Assembly (NCBI GenBank): GCA_003551665.1
Contig: PUNE01000107.1
Coordinates: 4,374 to 68,373, forward strand
DNA length: 64,000 bases
Direction: 5' to 3'
Source: Halobacteroidaceae bacterium
Lineage (GTDB): Bacteria > Bacillota > Halanaerobiia > B1SED10-174
Program-made: the position numbers and the translations under genes
Part shown: positions 1 to 8,281 of the stretch, piece after piece
Position numbering within the stretch: the stretch's first letter is position 1
Layout of the letters: every line of letters begins with the position of its first letter
The notes under the pieces: generated by a model
The model's input: the letters and a program-made list of their open reading frames with translations, nothing else
Told to the model about the DNA's origin: nothing
The model's database searches: none

Positions 1-500
1 AGGCCGCAGCCAGTACAGTTTTCTTCGTTAACCAGCAGATAATTTCGGGTTCTCCTGCCCGTAAAGGAAAGGGGGGCGCCGAAGGGGCAGATGTAGCGGT
101 GCCAGAAAGATTCCTGGAAAAACAGGGTAAGAAAGACAGCCAGCGCAAAAATATAAAGGACAAGGTTAATTTCCCGGCCCAACTGCCGGGAAATTATCAT
201 TACCCCCAGGAGAATCAGGAATGCAAGCCACCGGATCCAGGGGTTTCTTAACAGGGATGGCCCGTGGAGCCTTTTTATTGATAATTTTTTATAAAGCCAA
301 TCAATTCCCCGGAAGACAGTAGCCATGGGGCAAAGCCAGCCGCAAAAAAATCTGCCCCATCTCAGAGCCAGGAGGATTCCCAGAACAAGGAAAACCAGCC
401 AGAGCTGGATACGGCCCTGAAAGGCCAGAAATCCGAATAAAAAGAGGAAAAATAATTCAACAAATAACCGCAGGTTCTGCTTTTCCAGTATCTTTTTCAA
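1..500 (-). CDS. 4Fe-4S-binding polytopic membrane protein, NapH/MauN-like (3' end lies outside the window)
   Basis: Hand translation of the minus frame is open from TTG at 500 (GAGGTG SD 6 nt upstream) to the window edge: MKKILEKQNLRLF..RFFCGWLCPMATVF..HRYICPFGAP..NCTGCG. It shows hydrophobic helices plus the CGWLCP / ICPFG / CxxCG motifs of this family. It is missing from the ORF track because no stop codon lies in the window. Confidence 0.6.
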   Translation of the reverse strand, partial: MKKILEKQNLRLFVELFFLFLFGFLAFQGRIQLWLVFLVLGILLALRWGRFFCGWLCPMATVFRGIDWLYKKLSIKRLHGPSLLRNPWIRWLAFLILLGVMIISRQLGREINLVLYIFALAVFLTLFFQESFWHRYICPFGAPLSFTGRRTRNYLLVNEENCTGCG

Positions 501-584
501 TTTGAACACCTCGTGCTGTCAGTTTTTCATTCTGCAAAAGAACAATCCAGCGGGACCTTAAAAAAGCCGGTCCCCTCAACAGGC

Positions 585-1181
585 CTAACGGAGGATTTTA
601 AAAAGCTCTCGGGTAAGTTTTTTCCCTTCTCCCTGGAGGGGATAGGAGAAACCCTCACTGCGCCAGCGCAGGACTGATATCCGGATACTACCCATATATA
701 GGAGGGCAAAAATTCGGGGATCTGCGTTGGTGCTAATAAGCCCTTCCTTCTGGGCGGAAATTATAAGCTGTTCGATGGTTTTCTCCTTATGACTCCGGTA
801 AAAGTTGAATTTTTCCCGAATATCTGGATATTCCAGGAATAATTCTTCCTGGAAAAGGATGGCCGTAAACCTTGGGTTGGTTTCGATCCAGGCCAGCTGT
901 CGCTCCATGGCTTCTTCCAGAAGTTCAAAAGGGTTCCCTGTCCGCTTTTGGATGGAGGATATTACTGGATTGTCGATGAAGAGGATCGAACAGAGGTGGT
1001 CAATAATATCCTTTTTGCTCTGGAAGTGCCGGTAGATTGCAGCTTCAGTTATTTTATTACGCCGGGCAATTTTTCGAATTGTAAGGGCGGAAAAACCTTC
1101 TTCGTCTATGATTTCAAGGGCAGCTTCAATGATCTCTTTTTTTCTTTTTTCTGAGGGCAGTTTTTGACCCAGGGGATCCAC
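585..1181 (-). CDS. TetR/AcrR family transcriptional regulator
   Basis: 198-aa ORF with an N-terminal TetR HTH (FSALTIRKIARRNKITEAAIYRHF) and a helical C-terminal ligand domain. The exact start is uncertain because the GTG at 1181 abuts the AGGAGG. Confidence 0.88.
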   Translation of the reverse strand: MDPLGQKLPSEKRKKEIIEAALEIIDEEGFSALTIRKIARRNKITEAAIYRHFQSKKDIIDHLCSILFIDNPVISSIQKRTGNPFELLEEAMERQLAWIETNPRFTAILFQEELFLEYPDIREKFNFYRSHKEKTIEQLIISAQKEGLISTNADPRIFALLYMGSIRISVLRWRSEGFSYPLQGEGKKLTRELFKILR

Positions 1182-1202
1182 CTCCTGTCGGGCAAAAAAA
1201 GT

Positions 1203-1222
1203 TAGTTAACGTTTATTAACTA
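1203..1222. promoter_or_regulatory. Inverted repeat TAGTTAA-N6-TTAACTA, candidate operator of the adjacent TetR
   Basis: Perfect 7-6-7 inverted repeat read directly in the sequence. It sits immediately downstream of the predicted -10 of the minus-strand TetR promoter. Confidence 0.4.
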
Positions 1223-1250
1223 TAATAATATAAAAAAACAATTGTGTCAA
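1222..1250 (-). promoter_or_regulatory. Sigma-70-type promoter for the TetR / NapH-like genes
   Basis: On the minus strand: TTGACA (1250-1245), a 17-nt spacer, then TATTAT (1227-1222). Confidence 0.45.
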
Positions 1251-1260
1251 ATTATTTATC

Positions 1261-1291
1261 AAAAAAGAAAAGACCCGGGAAAACCCGGGCC
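1261..1291 (-). terminator. Rho-independent terminator after the DUF4382-like gene
   Basis: The minus strand reads GGCCCGGG-TTTT-CCCGGGTC followed by TTTTCTTTT, 17 nt after the stop at 1308. Confidence 0.7.
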
Positions 1292-1307
1292 TTTTAAATC
1301 AATTTGC

Positions 1308-2195
1308 TTATTCTTTCAATTTCAATATAATTGGGTCCTCAATAATAGTGGTTTCTCCTTTGGAAACAGAGATACCTTCCTCAATTGCGGTTTCATAATC
1401 ATCAGCCTTAATTACTAAATCATACTCACCTTCGAACAATCCCCTGATTTTGAAGGAACCGGCAGGATCATCACCTAACTCATTTGGCCAGGCAATAGTG
1501 GCTTCAACTGGGTCTTCTTCTTCCGGATCTGCGTCTTTCTCAAATACCTCTATTGTTACTTCCTTATCCTTAATTGGTTCTTGATCTTCATTAAGAACCT
1601 GCCCCTTTATTGCCCCGGTGACTTGTTTATCCAGGACCTTAATAGAAGTTGGGCTGAGAATCACTTTATCGCTTTCTCCTGCCTGGACAAGGAGATCTTG
1701 TACATCAACGTCCAGAATTAACTCAGAAAGAGTTCCTGCTTCAATGGTGAAATTATGGTTAATTTTTAGCCCGGTTTGGGCCCCGCTGGGAACGAAAAGG
1801 GGGATAGTTTCCCCACTTTTCTTCTTAATGTAGGACTTCTCTTCTGAATAGGGTTGATTTCCTACTTCAGGGGCTTCGAGGATTAGCCTGATCTGGGTAT
1901 AGGTTCCGGGATCCAGGTATTCCTGGCCGAGCAGCTCTTCTTCAAAAATTAAATCCAGGAGGTTAAACTTCCCTTCTTCCTCATCAAACTCATTTATTGT
2001 CTTCCAGGGCTGGTCATCCTTTTTTACCTGGACACTGCTGAGGGTAACGTTAACCTCTTCAACCTCATTTGCCGGCAGATCAGCCAGATAAATGGCAAGT
2101 GATCCCTGGTCCGAGGATAAAAAAAAGTTTCCGCATCCTGCAAGGGATAAAGTTAATCCAAAAACCAGGGTGATAAAAAACAATTTCTTTACCAT
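1308..2195 (-). CDS. DUF4382-like lipoprotein with a C-terminal carboxypeptidase-regulatory-like beta domain
   Basis: Start moved to ATG 2195 (AAGGAGGG SD 8 nt upstream). Signal peptide with lipobox LSLAGC. Motifs IYLADLP.., NLLDL.., GTYTQIRLIL, VPSGAQTGLKI and LILDVDV resemble the DUF4382 family. Confidence 0.75.
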   Translation of the reverse strand: MVKKLFFITLVFGLTLSLAGCGNFFLSSDQGSLAIYLADLPANEVEEVNVTLSSVQVKKDDQPWKTINEFDEEEGKFNLLDLIFEEELLGQEYLDPGTYTQIRLILEAPEVGNQPYSEEKSYIKKKSGETIPLFVPSGAQTGLKINHNFTIEAGTLSELILDVDVQDLLVQAGESDKVILSPTSIKVLDKQVTGAIKGQVLNEDQEPIKDKEVTIEVFEKDADPEEEDPVEATIAWPNELGDDPAGSFKIRGLFEGEYDLVIKADDYETAIEEGISVSKGETTIIEDPIILKLKE

Positions 2196-2426
2196 GGAAT
2201 TTGCCCTCCTTAAATTTTCTTTTCCCATACCTTATTATCGCCTATTCCGGTGGATTTTATTGTGATCAGGATTACACTTTAGAAAGATTACTGGTAGCTG
2301 CCAGTGTTATTTAGAGGAGACAGGGTTATTAATTATCTAATTGGTGCTAACCTGGGCACGGTGGACTGAGAAGGGTGAGAGGTTTTTTGACTGTTTCCAG
2401 GGGAAAAAAATATAATAAAAGTAAAT

Positions 2427-2438
2427 TGGTAAGGACCA
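2427..2438. promoter_or_regulatory. TGGT-N4-ACCA palindrome, HutC/NagR (dre)-like operator candidate
   Basis: ATTGGTAAGGACCACA lies between a TATAAT (2411-2416) and the GntR/HutC gene start. The TGGT/ACCA arms match the known HutC-subfamily operator core. Confidence 0.35.
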
Positions 2439-2461
2439 CATTACCACTAGGGGGTGGCCCC

Positions 2462-3187
2462 GTGGGCGTTATTGATAGGAAAAGCAGGCTGCCTTTATAT
2501 TACCAGCTTGCTGACATAATCAGGGAAAAGATCGAAACCGGCCAGTGGAAAGAACATACTCGCCTGCCCCCCGAAAGAGAACTTTGCCAGATATATGGTG
2601 TGAGTCGGGCGACGGTACGCCAGGCCATGCAGGATCTGGAACTTAACGGTTATATCTACAGGGAACACGGTCGGGGAACCTTCGTCAAGCCATCGAAAAT
2701 CAGGCAGGACCTGCTCGGTTTTTACAGCTTTACCGAAGAAATGAAAAGACTGGGAAAAACCCCTTCTTCCCGGGTTGTTGATTTTACCGTTGAAGAATGC
2801 ACAGAAAAGGTTGCCGGAAAGATGAAAATGAACGCGGGGGAAAGAGTTTACCGGTTTACCCGGTTGCGTTTGGCTGATGAAGAACCCATGATGCTGGAAA
2901 CCACTTACATTCCCTTTGAAAAATTTCCCGGGATTACGGGAGACAAGCTGGAGCAGATCCCCCTATATGATGTCCTTGCCAATGAGCACGGGGTGGTCCT
3001 GACCATGGCGGAGGAGCGTTTTGTTCCCGTACTAACAAGGGAAAACGAAGCAGAACTTTTGGAATATCTCCCCCATACTCCCAGCATGATGATTGAACGC
3101 CTGACCTATAGTGGTGACCTCATTGTTGAATATACGCGTGGAATTGCCCGGGGAGATCGCTTTGAGTACCGGGTTGTCCTGGAGTAA
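2462..3187 (+). CDS. GntR family regulator, HutC subfamily (wHTH + UTRA effector domain)
   Basis: LPLYYQLADIIREKIETGQW..LPPERELCQIYGVSRATVRQAMQDLELNGYIYREHGRGTFV is a GntR wHTH, and the C-terminal ~150 aa is UTRA-like. Start chosen at an in-frame GTG with a GGGGTGG SD; the ORF track starts at 2375. Confidence 0.85.
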   Translation: MGVIDRKSRLPLYYQLADIIREKIETGQWKEHTRLPPERELCQIYGVSRATVRQAMQDLELNGYIYREHGRGTFVKPSKIRQDLLGFYSFTEEMKRLGKTPSSRVVDFTVEECTEKVAGKMKMNAGERVYRFTRLRLADEEPMMLETTYIPFEKFPGITGDKLEQIPLYDVLANEHGVVLTMAEERFVPVLTRENEAELLEYLPHTPSMMIERLTYSGDLIVEYTRGIARGDRFEYRVVLE

Positions 3188-3275
3188 AAATGAACTATTT
3201 CTGGGAAACCTCCAGGGAAGGCGAGGCAATGTAACTTTATGGATTGGAAAACTGGTTCTGTAGAGGAGGGGTAAA

Positions 3276-4412
3276 GTGAAGCCCATTGATGATTATATTA
3301 CTACAAGAGAAATCAAACAACAGCCATGGTTATGGGAAAAAACCATGGAGATTATCCAGGAAAAAAGTGGAGCAATCGAGGAATTTTTAAATAAGGTTTC
3401 TTCCGGTAATAAGCCCAGGATTATTTTCACCGGGGCGGGCAGTTCTTCCTACGTTGGAGAAACCGTAGCCCCTTATTTAGGATCTCACTGGGATCGGGTT
3501 GAATCCATTCCCACAACAGATATTATTACCAGCCCCCAAAGCTATCTTTCTTCTGATTCCCCCACCCTTTTAATTTCCTGCGCTCGCTCAGGCAACAGCC
3601 CCGAAAGTGTCGAAACTGTAAGGCTGGCCAATAGATTTGTTAAAGATATTTACCACCTGGTTTTAACCTGTAATCCCGAGGGTTCCCTTGCCCGAACCGC
3701 AAGGGAAGATCCCGATTCTCTTCTCCTTTTAATGCCCGAAGAATCCAATGACCAGGGATTTGCCATGACGGGAAGTTTTACAACAATGGTTCTGGCTTCC
3801 ATTCTGATTTTTGGGCCCTATACTCCTGAAGAAATGGCTCCTGGTGTGCACTGGATGCGCCAGGTAAGCGAAAGAATACTGCAGGAGAAGTGGGAAGAAA
3901 TTGAAAAACTTGCAAGTGAGGATTTTGACAGGGCCATTTTCCTCGGCACTGCTCCATTTTTGGGGCTGGCCCGGGAGGCTGCCTTAAAACTCCTGGAACT
4001 TACTGCAGGAAAAGTTGTTGCCAGTTCTGATTCTTACCTAGGTTTCAGGCATGGTCCCAAATCGGTTGTCAACAAAGAAACGATAATTTTTGCTTTCCTC
4101 TCAGGTGAAAACCACCCCCGACGTTATGAAAGAGATTTGCTCCAGGAACTGGCGGGAGAAGAAACAGCAAAAATTACAGCCCTTTATTCAGGGAGCTGGC
4201 CAGAAGTAGAAGAACTCGCTGATCATTCCTTTGGGCTGGGAGAACCGCCCCAGGAAATCTTCCTCCTTTTCCCCTATATTCTGATTGCCCAGGTTCTTGC
4301 AGTTGTGAAATCAAGGCTAATGGAAATAAATCCCGATGACCCCAGCCCCGAGGGTTCATTAAATCGAGTAGTCAAGGGCGTGGAAATCTATTCGCTGGAA
4401 CAGGAAGGGTGA
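3276..4412 (+). CDS. Double-SIS sugar-phosphate isomerase/deaminase, AgaS-like
   Basis: 378 aa. It has an N-terminal TTREIKQQPWLW and two SIS modules (FTGAGSSSYVG.., CARSGNSPES). GAGGAGGGG SD before a GTG start. Confidence 0.8.
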   Translation: MKPIDDYITTREIKQQPWLWEKTMEIIQEKSGAIEEFLNKVSSGNKPRIIFTGAGSSSYVGETVAPYLGSHWDRVESIPTTDIITSPQSYLSSDSPTLLISCARSGNSPESVETVRLANRFVKDIYHLVLTCNPEGSLARTAREDPDSLLLLMPEESNDQGFAMTGSFTTMVLASILIFGPYTPEEMAPGVHWMRQVSERILQEKWEEIEKLASEDFDRAIFLGTAPFLGLAREAALKLLELTAGKVVASSDSYLGFRHGPKSVVNKETIIFAFLSGENHPRRYERDLLQELAGEETAKITALYSGSWPEVEELADHSFGLGEPPQEIFLLFPYILIAQVLAVVKSRLMEINPDDPSPEGSLNRVVKGVEIYSLEQEG

Positions 4413-4419
4413 TTGCAGG

Positions 4420-4875
4420 ATGCTCCTGGAACTGTTAAAAGAAGACAATATCCAGACTGGAATTGAGGCATCGGACTGGAAAGATGCCGGCAGAAAAGCC
4501 GGCAAACCCCTGGTAAAAAGGGGGAGCGTGCAACCAGAATATATTGAGGCCATGATAAAAAACGTTGAGGAGATGGGCCCATATATCGTCCTGGCTCCCG
4601 GCCTGGCCCTTTTTCACGGTCGCCCGGAAGATGGTGTCAACGAGATTTCCCTTAGCATGGCAACGTTGAAAGAGGGAGTTTATTTCGGGGCTGAAGAAAA
4701 TGACCCGGTGGAAATTGTTTTTGTGCTTGGGGCTACGGACAAGGACAGCCACCTGGAACTCCTTGCCCAGCTAAGCCGGGTCTTGCAGGACCAGCAGGCC
4801 GTGGAGGCCATAAAGGATGCCAGACAACCCCGTGATATTCTCTCGATCATCGGAGATAAAATAAATAAGGAATAA
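4420..4875 (+). CDS. PTS EIIA component, type-2 (ascorbate/mannitol class)
   Basis: 151 aa of PTS_EIIA_2-like sequence with a candidate phospho-His in LALFHGRPEDG. It lies within a PTS operon. Confidence 0.8.
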   Translation: MLLELLKEDNIQTGIEASDWKDAGRKAGKPLVKRGSVQPEYIEAMIKNVEEMGPYIVLAPGLALFHGRPEDGVNEISLSMATLKEGVYFGAEENDPVEIVFVLGATDKDSHLELLAQLSRVLQDQQAVEAIKDARQPRDILSIIGDKINKE

Positions 4876-4888
4876 TGGAGGGTCCAAA

Positions 4889-5623
4889 ATGCTTTACAGG
4901 GAGTACCTGGAAAAAGTAGGTGAACTTCTTGATCGGGTCAGGGAAACCCAGGGAGAGCAGATTAAAAATGCCGCCGAATTGCTGGCCCGGGCCATAAAAA
5001 AAGGTGGAGTGGTCCATGTGTTCGGCTGCGGTCATTCCCAGATGTTTGGGATGGAACTATTCTACCGGGCCGGGGGACTGGTGCCCGTAAATGCCATCCT
5101 TACCCCTGCTCTGTCGCTGGCTCCTACTGCTCCCCTCAGCACATTCGGTGAGCGCCAGGAAGGACTGGCAGGGGCAATCCTGGATAACCAGGTTATTAAC
5201 CCTGAAGATGTGATGATAATTGCCTCCACTTCGGGCCGGAATGCCGTTCCAGTGGAGATGGCAATTGAGGCCAGGGAGAGGGGTATGGACGTTATCGCCC
5301 TTACTTCCCTCCAGTTTAGCCAGGAGGTAACTTCCCGTCATAAAAGCGGCAAAAAACTCTACGAACTGGCTGATGTAATCCTGGACAGCCTGAGTGTTCC
5401 CGGAGATGCAGTAATGGGTATAGAGGGAATGGAAACCAGGTTTGGTCCTACGTCTTCTGTAATCGGCTTTGCCATTTTACAGGCCCTGGTGTCCCAGACG
5501 ATTGAAAACCTTATGAAAGAAGGTTACGAACCCCCGGTCTGGGTGAGCTCCAACCTGGACGAAGGAGATGCGATCAACAAAAAGCACATTGAAAAGTACC
5601 GGGGCAGGTTGGAGAACCTTTAA
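4889..5623 (+). CDS. SIS-domain protein (UPF0309-like sugar-phosphate isomerase/binding)
   Basis: 244 aa. GGVVHVFGCGHSQM and IIASTSGRNAVPVE are SIS-fold signatures. Confidence 0.75.
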   Translation: MLYREYLEKVGELLDRVRETQGEQIKNAAELLARAIKKGGVVHVFGCGHSQMFGMELFYRAGGLVPVNAILTPALSLAPTAPLSTFGERQEGLAGAILDNQVINPEDVMIIASTSGRNAVPVEMAIEARERGMDVIALTSLQFSQEVTSRHKSGKKLYELADVILDSLSVPGDAVMGIEGMETRFGPTSSVIGFAILQALVSQTIENLMKEGYEPPVWVSSNLDEGDAINKKHIEKYRGRLENL

Positions 5624-5650
5624 AAACCAAGGAAAGGTAGAGGATGCCCA

Positions 5651-5926
5651 ATGCGTATTGCTGCTCTGTGTGGAATGGGTTTTGGTTCAAGTATGATGTT
5701 GAAACTATCCATTGAGGAAATATTAAAAGAGGAGGGGATAGAAGCTGAAGTTCTTTCCTGGGACCTGGGAAGCGTTAAAGGCCAGGAAGCTGATCTTATC
5801 GTCGCTCCCCTTGACATGAAGTCCAATCTGGAATCAGTTGAAACAAAATTAGTTCTACTCAAGAGTCTTACCGACAAAGAGGAAATCAGGGAAAAAGTTC
5901 TGAAGGCCATTGAAGAAGAAAGTTAG
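5651..5926 (+). CDS. PTS EIIB component (ascorbate/galactitol-type)
   Basis: 91 aa. MRIAALCGMGFGSSMML carries the N-terminal active-site Cys loop of PTS_IIB. Confidence 0.8.
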   Translation: MRIAALCGMGFGSSMMLKLSIEEILKEEGIEAEVLSWDLGSVKGQEADLIVAPLDMKSNLESVETKLVLLKSLTDKEEIREKVLKAIEEES

Positions 5927-6026
5927 ACCTGTTTTCTGTCAGCTTTTGGTTGCTCGGAAAGTTTAACCCTCCCCGGAACTTGTTGGCGGAGTTAACAAAG
6001 TATTATGAGGAGGAGGGTCAAACGCG

Positions 6027-7343
6027 ATGAGCGATGTTTTGGTAGAATTAATTGCGATGCCAGCTGTGGTCCTCGGAATAATTGCCCTGATTGGTTTGAT
6101 TGCTCAGGGTAAAAAAGTTCAGGCCATAGTCCTGGGAACGGTCAAGACCGTCCTGGGTGTCCTGATTATGGAGTTGGGTATTGACGGAATAATCGGCGCC
6201 ATTGAACCGATCCAGCAGATGTACCAAGAGGGTATTACCCCCATTCTTCCCGACTTTGAAGCATTTATAACCTTTGACGAAGGTGTTGTGGGTGCGGTTC
6301 AGGCTGGAGATGTTGGGCAGATTGGTGCCGCAATTGCCTGGACAATGTTCTTCGGGTATATCATCCATATCATTCTGGCCCGGATTACACCCTTCAAGTT
6401 TTTGTACCTAACGGGCCACATGATCTGGGTCCATGCAGGGGCTTTTGCCATTCTGTTCCATTCCTTCGGCCTGTCCCTGTTCTGGACCGTTGCCCTGGCT
6501 TCAATTGTTGACGGTATTTATATGACTGTAGCACCGGCAATTGCCCAGCCGGTAATCAGGAAGATTACCGACCAGGACGAATTTGGTTTTGCCCACGGGC
6601 AGACCCTGCTCAACCTCCTGGCAGCCTGGGTTGGTAAGTTGATCGGTAACCCGGAGGATACTGCAGAAAAGGTTAAGGTTCCTGAAGGCCTAAACTTCTT
6701 CCGGGATATGGCCATTTCAATTTCGGTTATCATGATCATCGTTGCCATGGTTGGTGCCCTGCTGGCTGTAGGGCAGCTTGGCGTTGAAGGGTTCTTGGAC
6801 GAGATAAGTGATGGACAGAGCTGGTTTGTCTTTGCCCTTTTCCAGGCCCTTGCCTTTACCGCCGGTGTGCTGGTCCTACTGCAGGGTGTCCGGATGCTGA
6901 TCGGGGAAATTGTACCGGCCTTTAAAGGTATCGGAGAAAGACTCATTCCAGGTGCCAAGCCCGCCCTTGACGTGCCGGTAATCTTCCCCTATGCTCCTAA
7001 CTCCCTTGTAATCGGCCTGATTGGCGGAACGATCGGGCAGTTCGTTGCTATCCCCATCCTGGCCTTAATTGGATGGCCGGTAGCACTGCCAAGCATGATT
7101 GCAGCCTTCTTTGCCAGCGGTGCCGGTGCAATCTTTGGAAATGCCACAGGAGGTAAAAGAGGTGCCTTTGCCGGTGGTTTCATCTGGTGTTTTGTTGGCT
7201 GGTTTTTGATCAGCTTTGGTTACCACTTCCAGGTGTTTGGTGACCTGGGCGCAATGGAAGCTTCCGGGCTCTTCTTTACAGTTCCGGACGCCATTGTACC
7301 CGGAATTTTCATCTGGTTGATTGCCAAGCTGTTCGGAGTATGA
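6027..7343 (+). CDS. PTS EIIC permease, UlaA/SgaT (ascorbate) family
   Basis: 438-aa polytopic membrane protein. Length, Gly-rich helices and the position after EIIA/EIIB fit the SgaT/UlaA family. Confidence 0.8.
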   Translation: MSDVLVELIAMPAVVLGIIALIGLIAQGKKVQAIVLGTVKTVLGVLIMELGIDGIIGAIEPIQQMYQEGITPILPDFEAFITFDEGVVGAVQAGDVGQIGAAIAWTMFFGYIIHIILARITPFKFLYLTGHMIWVHAGAFAILFHSFGLSLFWTVALASIVDGIYMTVAPAIAQPVIRKITDQDEFGFAHGQTLLNLLAAWVGKLIGNPEDTAEKVKVPEGLNFFRDMAISISVIMIIVAMVGALLAVGQLGVEGFLDEISDGQSWFVFALFQALAFTAGVLVLLQGVRMLIGEIVPAFKGIGERLIPGAKPALDVPVIFPYAPNSLVIGLIGGTIGQFVAIPILALIGWPVALPSMIAAFFASGAGAIFGNATGGKRGAFAGGFIWCFVGWFLISFGYHFQVFGDLGAMEASGLFFTVPDAIVPGIFIWLIAKLFGV

Positions 7344-7359
7344 TAATAAAGCAGATGGA

Positions 7360-7397
7360 CAGGGATCGGGGAACCAATCCCCCGATCCCTGTTTTTT
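7360..7397 (+). terminator. Strong rho-independent terminator between the PTS genes and the aldolase/kinase genes
   Basis: CAGGGATCGGGG-loop-CCCCGATCCCTG (12-bp stem) followed by TTTTTT, 17 nt after the EIIC stop. Confidence 0.8.
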
Positions 7398-7445
7398 CAC
7401 TGTGTTGTTTCTCGAAGGAAAATCTGAAAAGGGGAGTGAGGAAAA

Positions 7446-8279
7446 ATGGTAGATAACCTTGCCCGAAAAATCCTGCAGCAAGCCCGGGCAGAAGGATATG
7501 CAGTTCCTGCTTTCAATATCTATAACCTGGAAACCATGCAGGTGGTCCTGGAGACCGCTACAAAGATGCAATCACCTGTAATGCTTGCAACCACTCCCTC
7601 AACCGTAAAATACTTTGGCCACGAATTTTTGCTGGCCCTGGCTGAAAAAGCCCAAGAAAAGTACGAAATTCCAATAATATTTCACCTGGACCATTTTACC
7701 GATAAGGAAGAACTAAAAAAATATATTCGGGCAGGGTTTACTTCAGCGATGATAGATGCCTCCCGAAGCCCATACCGGGAAAATGTAGAAGTTGTCCAAG
7801 AGGTTGTTTCTTTTGCTCGGGATTACGGAGTTGCGGTAGAAGCGGAGCTGGGTAATGTTGGACGTGGTGAACAGGAAGGAACTTTAACAGAACCCGGGGA
7901 GGCCGGGGATTTTATCCGGGAAACGGGAGTTGATTCCCTGGCGGTTGCAATTGGGACGGTTCACGGAATTTTTAAGGGAAAGCCCCAATTAGATTATAGG
8001 CGCCTGGAGGAAATCAGCAGGCTGGTTAAAATACCCCTGGTACTGCATGGAGGCTCAGGATTAGCGGATGAAGATCTTAAGCAGACAATTAAATTTGGGA
8101 TAAGTAAGATCAATATTGCAACAGAACTAAAAGAGGCTTTTACCCGGGGGATTAAAAAGTTCTTCCGGGAAAACCCCGAAGAAGACGACCTGCGAAAGTA
8201 CCTGCAGGCGGGGAAAGAAAAAATGGCCGAAGTTGTCGCCGAAAAAATCCGGACCTGTGGTAGTGAAGGGAGGGGTTAG
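7446..8279 (+). CDS. Class II ketose-bisphosphate aldolase (tagatose-/fructose-1,6-bisphosphate aldolase family)
   Basis: AVPAFNIYNLETMQ, HLDH and LVLHGGSG motifs. 277 aa, typical of GatY/KbaY/FBA class II enzymes. Confidence 0.85.
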   Translation: MVDNLARKILQQARAEGYAVPAFNIYNLETMQVVLETATKMQSPVMLATTPSTVKYFGHEFLLALAEKAQEKYEIPIIFHLDHFTDKEELKKYIRAGFTSAMIDASRSPYRENVEVVQEVVSFARDYGVAVEAELGNVGRGEQEGTLTEPGEAGDFIRETGVDSLAVAIGTVHGIFKGKPQLDYRRLEEISRLVKIPLVLHGGSGLADEDLKQTIKFGISKINIATELKEAFTRGIKKFFRENPEEDDLRKYLQAGKEKMAEVVAEKIRTCGSEGRG

Positions 8280-8281
8280 AA

